A DNA stretch of 61,325 bases, counting the filler. It is 4 parts of 4 records of this genome, joined end to end, with 100 filler letters (N's around TTAATTAATTAA, not from the genome) between each part and the next. Parts side by side here need not be neighbours in the genome. Positions count along the whole stretch, not along the records: positions 1 to 14,439 come from DRR723986_4968; positions 14,540 to 25,214 come from DRR723986_4970; 2 more parts are not named here. One strand, written 5' to 3'. The notes below the pieces were generated by a model, which did not search any database, was not told the origin of the DNA, and saw nothing but the letters and a program-made list of their open reading frames with translations. Both the position numbers and the translations under genes were made by a program. Positions 9,702 to 19,088 of the stretch are shown here, one piece after another. Position 1 is the first letter of the stretch, and every line of letters begins with the position of its first letter.

Positions 9702-11357
9702 ATGAGTTTTGACTACATTATTGTCGGGGCAGGATCGGCAGGATGCGTCCTAGCTAACCGCCTGACGGCTGACCGGGAAAATCAGGTTTTGTTGCTAGAG
9801 GCTGGCCCCGATAACACGGCGCTGTCGCTGAAGATGCCAGCGGCAGTACTGACCAACCTGAAAAGCACCAAGCACAACTGGGCGTTCCTGGGTGAGCCAG
9901 AACCCGAGCTAAACGGACGCCGCATTCAGCACGACCGTGGAAAGACCATTGGTGGATCATCGTCCATCAACGGGATGGTTTTTATCCGCGGCCATGCCCT
10001 GGACTACGAAGGCTGGCGTCAGGCGGGCTGCCCGGGTTGGGGTTTCGCTGATGTGCTTCCTTATTTCAAGCGCATGGAAAGCTACGGTGGCGGAGGCGAC
10101 CCATTTCGTGGCGACAGCGGTCCGCTTCATGTTCATCGCGCGGTGCCGCAAGATCCGCTGACTTTGGCCTTTCTCAAGGCTGGCGAAGAGGCCGGCTATC
10201 CGACGACTGACGATATTAGCGGGTATCGGCAGGAAGGATTTGGCGTCTCGGACCGAACTGTCTTCAAAGGGGAAAGATGGAGTACGGCCCGCGCCTATCT
10301 CGATCCCGTCCGCGAGCGTTCCAATCTGACAATCAGAACGCATGCGCAGGTGCAGCATCTGATCTTTGATGGCACCAGAGCTACTGGGGTTGCTTACAAA
10401 AATCGCAGCGGTAGAACCGTGATTGCCCGAGCGAGGAAGGAAGTCATCCTGTCCGCAGGCGCGGTTGGGTCCCCCCATATCCTAATGCTGTCCGGCATCG
10501 GCCCGTCTGATCATCTTGTTCAAATGGGAATAGACGTGCTTCACGACCTGCCGGGAGTCGGCCAAAACCTGAACGACCATCCCGACTTCGTGTTAAAATA
10601 CGAGTGCAAGGAGCCTGTTTCCTTCTGGCCCAAGACAAAACCGTTGGCCAAGCTTGCCGCCGGAATTCAGTGGATAACCACACGCGGAGGCATTGTTGCA
10701 TCTAACTTGTTCGAAGGGCTGGGGTGCATCCGTTCCGGGCCAGGCGTCGAGTACCCCGATCTGCAGATCATCATTTCGCCTATCGCGGTTGATGATGAAA
10801 CATGGCAACCGCTTCAACAGCACGCGTTTCAGATTCATGTCGGCCTTATGCGCGCTCACAGTCGCGGAAAGATCGAACTGCGCTCGTCAGACCCGGCAGA
10901 ACCGCCGCGCATCCTGGTGAACTACTTGAAAGACGAGCGCGACCGAGCCCTGATGCGAAGGGGCATTCGGCTTGTGCGTGAACTCGTCGAGCAACCTGCC
11001 TTTTCGGACCTCAAGGGTGAGGAAATATTCCCTGGCACGGCAGCGCAGACGGATCAGGAGCTTGACCGTTTGCTCAACACCCACACTACCACTCAATGGC
11101 ACCTGTCCTGCACCGCCCGAATGGGTGCAGTGACGGATAAAGGTGCCGTCGTCGATACGGGTGGGCGGGTCCACGGGTTGTCCGGGCTTCGGGTAGTGGA
11201 TGCATCCATCATGCCGTTCGTCACGAACGGAAACACGAATGCCCCGACGATCATGCTGGCAGAAAAGCTAAGTGATGACATCATCGGCCGCGCCCCACTG
11301 CCTCGGATTGAAACGCAGGTCTGGCAAAACCCCGACTACGAAACCAACCAACGCTGA
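9702..11357 (+). CDS. GMC oxidoreductase, choline dehydrogenase-like
   Basis: GAGSAGC FAD motif, GGSSSING, GLRVVDASIMP...GNTNAPTIMLAEK. BetA-like C-terminus, but the active-site segment reads TQWHLSCT. Confidence 0.88.
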   Translation: MSFDYIIVGAGSAGCVLANRLTADRENQVLLLEAGPDNTALSLKMPAAVLTNLKSTKHNWAFLGEPEPELNGRRIQHDRGKTIGGSSSINGMVFIRGHALDYEGWRQAGCPGWGFADVLPYFKRMESYGGGGDPFRGDSGPLHVHRAVPQDPLTLAFLKAGEEAGYPTTDDISGYRQEGFGVSDRTVFKGERWSTARAYLDPVRERSNLTIRTHAQVQHLIFDGTRATGVAYKNRSGRTVIARARKEVILSAGAVGSPHILMLSGIGPSDHLVQMGIDVLHDLPGVGQNLNDHPDFVLKYECKEPVSFWPKTKPLAKLAAGIQWITTRGGIVASNLFEGLGCIRSGPGVEYPDLQIIISPIAVDDETWQPLQQHAFQIHVGLMRAHSRGKIELRSSDPAEPPRILVNYLKDERDRALMRRGIRLVRELVEQPAFSDLKGEEIFPGTAAQTDQELDRLLNTHTTTQWHLSCTARMGAVTDKGAVVDTGGRVHGLSGLRVVDASIMPFVTNGNTNAPTIMLAEKLSDDIIGRAPLPRIETQVWQNPDYETNQR

Positions 11358-11386
11358 ACGCGCATGATTTCAAGAGGAGTGAGGGA

Positions 11387-11776
11387 ATGATTGGATACGT
11401 CATGGTGGGCACCAACAATCTGGACCGGGCAGCCACGTTCTATGATTCTGTGCTCACACCACTGGACCTGATCCAAGTCGAACGTACTTCTACTTATGTT
11501 GCTTTCGCGCCCAAAGCCGCCAAGGGTGACATCGAGTTCTATGTTACCAAACCGTTCGACAAGCGACCGGCCAAGCCGGGGAACGGCATTATGGTCGCAT
11601 TGCAAGCCGCAAGCATGCAGGCGCTTGAGCGGTTTCACAGCTCCGGCTTGAAAAGCGGCGGCATCGACGAAGGTGCCCCAGGCCCGCGCGATGAGGGCAG
11701 CAAAACCTGCTATGCCTATATTCGCGATCTCGACGGCAACAAGATTTGCGCATTCTGCGATGCGATCAATGCTTGA
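11387..11776 (+). CDS. VOC/glyoxalase-family protein
   Basis: MIGYVMVGTNNL..A..FYD, GNG.MVAL, G..DEGAPGPR, YAYIRDLDGNKIC. Confidence 0.9.
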   Translation: MIGYVMVGTNNLDRAATFYDSVLTPLDLIQVERTSTYVAFAPKAAKGDIEFYVTKPFDKRPAKPGNGIMVALQAASMQALERFHSSGLKSGGIDEGAPGPRDEGSKTCYAYIRDLDGNKICAFCDAINA

Positions 11777-13013
11777 GATGGAGACCGAGGACTTGCACGC
11801 TCTGGATCCGGCTCGCATCTACCCAACCTATGTCGGCAGCAACCAATTGTCGCCGTTTCATCAGTGTTACGCCAATGAGCAAACGGTATTGCGGATCGCA
11901 GCTGGGCGATTCTTTGCACATTACAACGGCGATGATCCGACTGCAGGCTACTGGGCTCTGCGCGAGCAAGCGGCACTTTACGATGTGCCAGAACGCCCCG
12001 TTGAAATATCCGGGTCCGGCTCGGTTCGCTTTCTTGAACAGATCCTTGCAAGACGCGTCGCTGACATGGCGATCGACCGGGGGCGGTACGCCTTGGCTTG
12101 CACGCATCAGGGCGGGATATTCATGGATGGCATCCTGTTTCGGCTTGCTGAGGATCGATTTTGGTTCGTGCATCCTGACGGGGATCTGGACACATGGCTC
12201 CTCGCACACAGCCACGCGTTTGATGTCACGGTTTCAGATCCGCATTCTCGCGTTCTTCAATTACAGGGACCAAAGTCGTTGGAGATCATGCATGCCGCGT
12301 CGAACGGGCAAATCGACGAAAGCCTGAAATATTTCCAGTCTGGCTTTTTCCATCTTGGGGGGCAGCGCGTCTATGTCTCGCGTACAGGCTGGACCGGCGA
12401 ACTGGGCTTCGAGATATACACTCTGGGAGATCGAACAGATTGTCCCCGCCTATGGGATCACCTGATGGCAAAGGGAACGCCTCTAGGAATGGTCTTCAGT
12501 TCCATGCAGTCTATGAATGCCCGAAGGATTGAAGCCGGTATCTTTGACAGCGGCAGCGACTTTGACAGCACCATGACACCTTTTGAGGCAGGGTTGGGCC
12601 GATTTATAGATCTGGAAAAAGACAACTTCATTGGACGCCAGGCGTTGAAGGCTGCCACGCCGGGCACCCGGCTTTACGGCTTGCGCTGCAACTCTACCAC
12701 TCCCTGCGCTGGCGATGTCATATTCGTTGGAGCTACGCCTGTCGGGAAGGTCACCACGGGTGCGCAATCACCCTACCAGAAGTGTGGCATCGGCTACGTC
12801 CGCTTTGATTCCCCCGGCGAATGGCCGGGAAAAACGTTGGACTTGATGTCATCGCGAGCTGGCATGGTCAGTTGCGAGATTGTCGATCTTCCTTTTTTCG
12901 ACCGCGATAAGCGCCTGCCGCGTGGTCTGCCACTTAAAGACGAACTGAACAAGCGCAATTCCAATAGCAGAATGAATGCTGGGAGTTCTCAACGCACGGA
13001 ACACTTGTCATGA
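11769..13013 (+). CDS. GcvT/aminomethyltransferase-family protein (DmdA-like THF-dependent demethylase)
   Basis: YWALREQAALYDVPERPVEISG, LQLQGPKS, VSRTGWTGELGFEIY, RRIEAG, TPFEAGLG. Start taken at ATG 11769 or 11778, beside the VOC stop. Confidence 0.88.
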   Translation: MLEMETEDLHALDPARIYPTYVGSNQLSPFHQCYANEQTVLRIAAGRFFAHYNGDDPTAGYWALREQAALYDVPERPVEISGSGSVRFLEQILARRVADMAIDRGRYALACTHQGGIFMDGILFRLAEDRFWFVHPDGDLDTWLLAHSHAFDVTVSDPHSRVLQLQGPKSLEIMHAASNGQIDESLKYFQSGFFHLGGQRVYVSRTGWTGELGFEIYTLGDRTDCPRLWDHLMAKGTPLGMVFSSMQSMNARRIEAGIFDSGSDFDSTMTPFEAGLGRFIDLEKDNFIGRQALKAATPGTRLYGLRCNSTTPCAGDVIFVGATPVGKVTTGAQSPYQKCGIGYVRFDSPGEWPGKTLDLMSSRAGMVSCEIVDLPFFDRDKRLPRGLPLKDELNKRNSNSRMNAGSSQRTEHLS

Positions 13014-13933
13014 GCGACAGCAAGATCTCTTCGAAGGGACGGCTCAGTTCGGCCGCTCAACTCTTTCTGAGTGAAAAAAGAGCGGCACCATCGGGGCGTT
13101 CGGGAGGGAACCTCCCACAATTACGTGCCGCGACAAGGGCCTACATCGCTCCGGCAGTTGAGCGAATCCTGAGATCAACCAACGTGATGACCCGAGATGT
13201 GATGATCAACGGGATTCCTTGTCTGGAGGTCAAGCCATTGGTGGTCACGACGCCTTGGCCAATCCTTTATGGTTTTGGTGGAGGGTTCATTCAAGGCAGT
13301 GCGTTCGAGGACCTTACCATCGCGGCGCCCCTAAGTTCGATGACAGGAGCGACAGTGATCATTCCGAGTTACCGTCTCGCACCTGAGAACCCATGGCCTG
13401 CTGCTATCGACGATGGCTTTGCCGTCTACCAGACACTCTGCGATAGTCCATTTGCAATCGTAGGGGAGTCTGCCGGAGGCAATCTGGCCCTTGCTCTAAT
13501 GTTGCGCGCGAAAAAGGCTGGGCTTTCATTGCCCCGCGCGGCGGCACTTTTGTCACCTTGGTGCGATCTTGACACATCGAGCGACAGCCAGTCGTTCAAT
13601 GACGGGCGCGACCCGACATTGACTACACAAGATTCGATGATTGCCGCGAGGCTTTACGCGGGAGACAACGATATCACCAATCCTGACATCTCCCCCATCA
13701 ATGGGGACTTCGACAACCGTTTTCCACCATTCCTCATTACGACAGGTACACGTGATTTGTTGCTGAGCCTATCTGTTCGACTAGCAAGGATCCTTCGTGA
13801 GAGGGGGGGCGATGTTGATCTGCAAGTCTGGGAAGGCCTGTGGCATGTATTTGAGTGGGACGACAGCTTACCAGAGTCAAATCAGTCGATCGGAAACATA
13901 GCGGCCTTCCTCTTGAGGCATGTTGAGCAATGA
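13010..13933 (+). CDS. Alpha/beta hydrolase, HSL/Aes-type esterase
   Basis: FGGGF oxyanion motif, YRLAPENPWPAA.DD, GESAGG nucleophile elbow, D..L and WHVF. Confidence 0.9.
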   Translation: MSDSKISSKGRLSSAAQLFLSEKRAAPSGRSGGNLPQLRAATRAYIAPAVERILRSTNVMTRDVMINGIPCLEVKPLVVTTPWPILYGFGGGFIQGSAFEDLTIAAPLSSMTGATVIIPSYRLAPENPWPAAIDDGFAVYQTLCDSPFAIVGESAGGNLALALMLRAKKAGLSLPRAAALLSPWCDLDTSSDSQSFNDGRDPTLTTQDSMIAARLYAGDNDITNPDISPINGDFDNRFPPFLITTGTRDLLLSLSVRLARILRERGGDVDLQVWEGLWHVFEWDDSLPESNQSIGNIAAFLLRHVEQ

Positions 13934-14439
13934 CATTGGCTGAGCTTCTTTCAACGCTGTTCGAACGGCGAAACCATCGCAGGATAAGCAGGATAACCGA
14001 TGGTCGGCCTCTGGCAGAGCTGACGGATGCATTGGTCGGCTCGGCGGGGGAGACCTCGGGCCTTGCGCTGGCGGGCGAGATCCTGTCGCGGATCAAGGGC
14101 CTCGACGATGCGGGCAAGCTGGACTTCTTCCGGCACATCGCCTCGGCCATGGACATCGACCCCGAGGCGGTGCGCACGACGCTCGATGCCTATGAGCGCA
14201 GCCCTTCGAAGGACAGCTATCGCGCCTATGCCGCTGCGGCCGAGCCGCGTCGGCAGGAACTGATCCGTCGTCTCAACCGGGTGCCTGGTGCGACCGGGCA
14301 GCTGGTGCGGCTTAGGGCGGAACTTCTGCGCCTTGGTGTGAAGGAACCCGAACTTGCGGCGATGGACCTCGACTTCCGTCACCTGTTCGCGTCGTGGTTC
14401 AACCGGGGTTTCCTGGTGCTGCGCCCGATCAGCTGGGAA
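13930..14439 (+). CDS. Malonyl-CoA decarboxylase, N-terminal part (truncated by contig end)
   Basis: GE.SG..LA..IL, EPRRQELIRRLN..PGAT..LV..R, DFRHLFASWFNRGFLVLRPISW. Confidence 0.85.
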
Positions 14440-14539
14440 NNNNNNNNNNNNNNNNNNNNNNNNNNNNNNNNNNNNNNNNNNNNTTAATTAATTAANNNNN
14501 NNNNNNNNNNNNNNNNNNNNNNNNNNNNNNNNNNNNNNN
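14440..14539. other. Artificial contig spacer
   Basis: N44-TTAATTAATTAA-N44, which puts stop codons in all six frames. Confidence 0.99.
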
Positions 14540-14566
14540 AAAGGCTGCCAATTGGCAGCCTTTTTT
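14540..14566. terminator. Bidirectional intrinsic terminator
   Basis: Perfect palindrome AAAGGCTGCC-AATT-GGCAGCCTTT with A/T tails, just downstream of the small minus-strand ORF. Confidence 0.75.
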
Positions 14567-14586
14567 GTTGCTGACGGGTGATGGCT

Positions 14587-14706
14587 TTAAGAAGGCATAC
14601 CTGACAACCAGTATACGACGGTTGCAATAACAATCGTCAGGATCGCTACAGACGCACAGGCGTCAGCAAAATTATCTTCACGGGCTTCTTGGTTTTGGTC
14701 AGACAT
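14587..14706 (-). CDS. Small 39-aa single-TM membrane protein
   Basis: MSDQNQEAREDNFADACASVAILTIVIATVVYWLSGMPS*. It has a GAGG RBS and a downstream terminator, and is below the ORF-track length cut-off. Confidence 0.7.
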   Translation of the reverse strand: MSDQNQEAREDNFADACASVAILTIVIATVVYWLSGMPS

Positions 14707-14963
14707 GACAACCTCAATGGAATGATGACGTTAACACCCGGCGAACCGGCTTGGAAAAGCCGCCAGTATAGCAAGATTATGAAAAAGACTGCTATTTGCT
14801 GAGATAGAGAGTGAAGTAATCGGTCAAACGCATAAGGCTTATCCGCAAAAAGCGTTAGTGGCAGAACCGATTAAAATTTATCATTCGCTCCGATTTATAA
14901 TTAAGCGCCCCGCCGTCACACGCCGGGACCGCATGACACTTAACGCGAGAGATTACACGTTAT

Positions 14964-16607
14964 ATGTACGCATACGACCAGTACGATCGGCAGATCATCA
15001 GCCAACGCGTCGCTCAGTATCGGGATCAAACCGAGCGCTATCTGGCTGGCAAAATCACTGAGGAACAGTTTTTGCCGCTGCGCCTTCAAAATGGCCTGTA
15101 TGTTCAGCGCCTTGCTCCCATGCTGCGCATTGCGGTGCCCTATGGCACGCTGAACAGCCAGCAGCTGCGCAAGCTAGCCTTTATTACCCGCGAGTACGAC
15201 AAGGGCTATGCACACATTAGTACCCGCCAAAATGTTCAGTTGAATTGGCCGAAACTGGAAGAAGTTCCCGATATTCTGGAGCATCTAGCTGAGGTGGAAA
15301 TGCACTCCATCCAGACCAGTGGTAACTGCATTCGCAATGTCACCGCAGACCAGTTCTCTGGCGTTGCCGCCGATGAAGTTGAAGATGCCCGGCCGTGGTG
15401 TGAAATCATTCGTCAGTGGTCCACTTTTCACCCGGAATTTGCCTTCCTTCCCCGTAAATTCAAAATCGCTGTGTGCGGCTCTGAGCAAGACCGGGCGGCG
15501 GTATTGGTTCACGACATCGGCTTGCAGATCGTCAAAGACGACAACGGCAATACCGCGTTCAAAGTAATTGTAGGCGGCGGTTTGGGTCGTACGCCGGTTA
15601 TCGGCAGTGTTATCCACGAGGCCTTGCCACCGCGCCACTTGCTCAGCTATCTGGAGGCCATCGTTCGGGTTTACAACCAGTTGGGCCGCCGTGACAACAA
15701 ATTCAAAGCGCGTATTAAAATTTTGGTTCGCGCGATGGGAGCAGACGCCTTTAAAGCTAAAGTGGAAGAAGAATGGGCCTTCATTAAAGATGGCAATCTA
15801 GACCTTCCCGACGAGGAAATTGCCCGCGCTCAGTCATTTTTCACTCGCCCGGATTACGAGGCGCTGGAAAATGAAGATCTCCAGGCTCTCGCACTCGAGA
15901 ATGTCGATTTCGCCCGCTGGCTCAACCACAATGTGCACGCCCATAAGCAACGTGGCTATGCTATCGCGACCCTATCGCTGAAAACCACCGGCGTCGCACC
16001 GGGCGATATCACTGCAGAACAGTTTGAAGCGGTCGCGGACCTCGCCGAGGAGTTTGGCTTTGGTGAAATTCGCTCAACCCATCAACAGAACCTGGTACTA
16101 CCTGATATTCAGCAGCGCCAGCTTTTTGCTCTATGGCAAAAACTTGTCAGCCTGGAGCTTGCCAGCCCGACGGTAGGCACGATGAACGATATCATCTGCT
16201 GCCCCGGCGGTGATTTCTGCTCGCTGGCCAACGCCAAGTCGATCCCCATTGCAGAAGCCATTCAGCGCCGCTTCGACGATCTGGACTACCTTTACGACCT
16301 GGGCGACATAGAGCTGAATATCTCCGGCTGTATGAATGCTTGTGGCCACCACCACATTGGTAATATCGGTATCCTCGGCGTCGATAAAAAAGGTCAGGAG
16401 TTCTATCAAGTGTCGCTCGGCGGTCAGCAGGGGCTGAATGCATCGCTGGGTAAGATCCTTGGCCCTTCTTTTGCGCAAGACGAAATTCCCGACGTCGTTG
16501 AGAAAATACTCAACTGCTACCTTGAAAAGCGCCACCCCGAAGAGCGCTTTATCGATACCTACGAACGCATAGGCCTGGCGCCGTTTAAGGAGCGTGTATA
16601 TGCCTAA
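14964..16607 (+). CDS. cysI: Nitrite/sulfite reductase hemoprotein (Pseudomonas-type CysI)
   Basis: RLQNGLYVQR, STRQNVQLNW, TSGNCIRN. Siroheme/4Fe-4S ligands CPGGDFC and SGCMNACG. Followed by DUF934. Confidence 0.88.
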   Translation: MYAYDQYDRQIISQRVAQYRDQTERYLAGKITEEQFLPLRLQNGLYVQRLAPMLRIAVPYGTLNSQQLRKLAFITREYDKGYAHISTRQNVQLNWPKLEEVPDILEHLAEVEMHSIQTSGNCIRNVTADQFSGVAADEVEDARPWCEIIRQWSTFHPEFAFLPRKFKIAVCGSEQDRAAVLVHDIGLQIVKDDNGNTAFKVIVGGGLGRTPVIGSVIHEALPPRHLLSYLEAIVRVYNQLGRRDNKFKARIKILVRAMGADAFKAKVEEEWAFIKDGNLDLPDEEIARAQSFFTRPDYEALENEDLQALALENVDFARWLNHNVHAHKQRGYAIATLSLKTTGVAPGDITAEQFEAVADLAEEFGFGEIRSTHQQNLVLPDIQQRQLFALWQKLVSLELASPTVGTMNDIICCPGGDFCSLANAKSIPIAEAIQRRFDDLDYLYDLGDIELNISGCMNACGHHHIGNIGILGVDKKGQEFYQVSLGGQQGLNASLGKILGPSFAQDEIPDVVEKILNCYLEKRHPEERFIDTYERIGLAPFKERVYA

Positions 16608-17088
16608 GATTATTAAGAATGGTCAGGTTGTTGACGACAACTGGCAAGTTTGGCGCGACGCCGAGACCTTACCGAGCACCGACCACGTTATCGTTCCGCT
16701 GGCGCTCTGGCAGCAGCAGCGCGACGCCCTGCTCGCCTTGGGCGAAATAGCCGTTTATCTGGCCAGTGACGAGTCACCTAAATCACTGAGCGACGATGAC
16801 TTGTCAGCGCTCAGCTTTGTGGCGGTAGACTTTCCGAAGTTTATGGACGGCCGCGGCTTCAGTTATGCCCGCGAGCTACGCGAGCAACGCCGATATCAGG
16901 GCGAAATTCGTGCCGTCGGTGATTTTATTCGCGACCAGCTGTTCTATATGAAGCGCTGCGGATTTTCCAGCTATGCCCTGCCCAGCGACGAGCTGGCAAC
17001 CGCGCTGGCCAGCCTGAACGACTTCAGCGAAAGCTATCAGTCCAGTGTGGACCAGCCACTCCCCCTGTTCCGGCGTCGCCAAGCGTAA
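16600..17088 (+). CDS. DUF934-family protein (sulfite reductase partner)
   Basis: FPKFMDGRGFSYARELR, RAVGDFIRDQLFYMKRCGF. Overlaps the cysI stop. Confidence 0.88.
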   Translation: MPKIIKNGQVVDDNWQVWRDAETLPSTDHVIVPLALWQQQRDALLALGEIAVYLASDESPKSLSDDDLSALSFVAVDFPKFMDGRGFSYARELREQRRYQGEIRAVGDFIRDQLFYMKRCGFSSYALPSDELATALASLNDFSESYQSSVDQPLPLFRRRQA

Positions 17089-17097
17089 TTGCACACT

Positions 17098-17120
17098 AAA
17101 CCCGCTATGCGGTTTTTTTT
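17098..17120 (+). terminator. Probable intrinsic terminator
   Basis: Short CCGC-TAT-GCGG hairpin followed by a T-run. Confidence 0.5.
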
Positions 17121-17198
17121 ACGCCTCTCATTCGCTCCGCTATGCTGAGTAGTGCCGGATCATTGTGATACGGCGCAAGTAGAGCAGCCGGAGCGCGT

Positions 17199-18365
17199 GT
17201 GGAAACCAGCCTGACCTTCTCATTTTTTCTTATTTTTAGCGGCGCCGCCTTGCTGGCCTCGCTCGCCTTAATCAGCCGTCAGCCGCTACTCATTGCCTAT
17301 ATTGCATTGGGCGCAATCATTGGCCCCTACGGTGGCGGCTGGGTTACCGATTTAGGCTTGTTGGCAGAGATCGCCGAGTTTGGCATCGTGTTTTTGCTTT
17401 TTCTGCTCGGTCTGGATATGCAGCCCCAAGCGCTGCTGCACAGCCTTAGAAAAACCACGGGCATGGCGCTAATTAGCTCCACAATATTCCTGGCCATCGG
17501 TTACAGTGTTGGCGTGGCGTTTGGCTTTACTCAGGCCGAGGCGTGGATAATCGGGGCCGCGATGATGTTTTCCAGCACGATTATCGGCATTAAATTACTG
17601 CCAACCACCGTTTTGCACCACCGCGAGAACGGCGAGCTAATGGTCGGGATTTTATTGCTGCAAGACATGATCGCCATACTCGTACTACTGTTAATTTCCA
17701 GCGTTAGCCAAGGCGAATTATCGCCCATCAGCCTCGGTAAAACCCTCGTCGCGCTCCCCCTGCTCTGCGCCCTGGCGTTTGTCGCTGTACGCTACTTATT
17801 ACTGCCACTTATTCAGCGCTTTGACCGCTTTCAGGAATACATTTTTTTGCTGGCGATAGGTTGGTGCTTAGGGCTTGCCGAGGCGGCCCATGCGATGGGA
17901 CTGTCTGCGGAAATGGGCGCCTTTCTCGCCGGCATAAGCCTCGCTACCAGCCCGATATCCCAGTACATCGCAATTAGCCTTAAGCCGTTAAGAGATTTCT
18001 TTCTGATATTGTTTTTTTTCTCGTTGGGGGCACGCTTCAATCTGGCGCTGATCACAGAAATAGCCACCCCAGCCCTCCTTCTCGCCGCGATACTACTCAC
18101 GATAAAACCACTGAGTTTTCGCTTTCTTCTGCGGCGAACATTAGCGTCTAAGCGGCTATGCTGGGATCTGGGGCTTCGCTTGGGGCAGATCAGCGAATTC
18201 TCGCTGTTGATCGCCTATCTGGCTTTTGACCAAGGCGTCATTGGCAGTAGCGCGTCTCATCTCATTCAAGCTACAGCCATTCTGAGCTTTGTTGTGTCAT
18301 CGTATATTGTTGTGCTCAACTGCCCGACGCCCATCGCTATTCGCGATGAGCTACGCCGGGATTAA
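17199..18365 (+). CDS. CPA2 cation:proton antiporter (KefB-like membrane domain only)
   Basis: GIVFLLFLLGL, FSSTIIGIK, GILLLQD, QISEFSL. About 12 TM segments. Confidence 0.88.
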   Translation: METSLTFSFFLIFSGAALLASLALISRQPLLIAYIALGAIIGPYGGGWVTDLGLLAEIAEFGIVFLLFLLGLDMQPQALLHSLRKTTGMALISSTIFLAIGYSVGVAFGFTQAEAWIIGAAMMFSSTIIGIKLLPTTVLHHRENGELMVGILLLQDMIAILVLLLISSVSQGELSPISLGKTLVALPLLCALAFVAVRYLLLPLIQRFDRFQEYIFLLAIGWCLGLAEAAHAMGLSAEMGAFLAGISLATSPISQYIAISLKPLRDFFLILFFFSLGARFNLALITEIATPALLLAAILLTIKPLSFRFLLRRTLASKRLCWDLGLRLGQISEFSLLIAYLAFDQGVIGSSASHLIQATAILSFVVSSYIVVLNCPTPIAIRDELRRD

Positions 18366-18370
18366 GCGCT

Positions 18371-18940
18371 TTATTGAAACAGCACTGAAAAGGTGACGGG
18401 CACCGCCAGCGTAATGGAATTCAGCCCAGCAAGTTGTCGCAGTTTGTCTATGCCCTGCTCCAAGCCCAAAGCGGCGATATCGATAAACGCCGGCGACGTG
18501 GTTACCACACGAATATCACCATTTTCCAGCCGGCTTACCAGCGTATTAAAACGCAATGCCTGGCGCTTGCCGCCCAGCATCAGTTCGCCCTCAACGGTCA
18601 TCGCTTGCGGCGAAGATACCTCAATAGCAGCAAGGGCATCCGTATCAATTGTGGCGTTGAACGTGGCCAATGGCTGGTTATCGACATCAAAAAGGTATTT
18701 TTTGATTCGCTTGTCGCGAATATCAATCCCTGAGTCAATGCTTGCCAGGTCGATATTGATAAGCGCTTTGCCGGTGGTGGTATTAAGCTGCCCGGTAACA
18801 GCATCAAAGCTAAACAACTCGGCAACGCGATTGTTTTTTACGCTCACCACATTGAGCATCGACGATTTGCTAGCCAGTTCTAAGGCCTGAGTCGCCATCG
18901 CTGCGGCATACAAGCAAAGCCCAAATACGATTTTTTTCAT
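18371..18940 (-). CDS. YceI-family periplasmic protein
   Basis: Signal peptide; IDLASIDSGIDIRD.R, LAGLNSI...VPVTF. Confidence 0.85.
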   Translation of the reverse strand: MKKIVFGLCLYAAAMATQALELASKSSMLNVVSVKNNRVAELFSFDAVTGQLNTTTGKALINIDLASIDSGIDIRDKRIKKYLFDVDNQPLATFNATIDTDALAAIEVSSPQAMTVEGELMLGGKRQALRFNTLVSRLENGDIRVVTTSPAFIDIAALGLEQGIDKLRQLAGLNSITLAVPVTFSVLFQ

Positions 18941-19032
18941 TACCTGTCTCCCACCGTGAACAGACGCCGGAGTACCCGACCTCCAATTGTCTTTATCTGA
19001 CTCTATTTACTACGCTAAATTCCCGATATTGC

Positions 19033-19072
19033 GAGCACAAAAAACCCGGCCTAAGCCGGGTTTTTTGTGCTC
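19033..19072. terminator. Bidirectional intrinsic terminator downstream of etfA
   Basis: GAGCACAAAAAACCCGGC-CTAA-GCCGGGTTTTTTGTGCTC. Confidence 0.88.
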
Positions 19073-19088
19073 ACTAGCTGAAGGGCTA

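Noticed and set aside
9702-13013. Assigning the symbols betA and dmdA
   Set aside because: Family motifs fit, but both proteins look divergent and no betB or dmdBCD is adjacent; a phylogeny is needed.
14484-14495. TTAATTAATTAA palindrome repeated three times in the window
   Set aside because: Always centred in N-runs; it is a synthetic six-frame stop linker.
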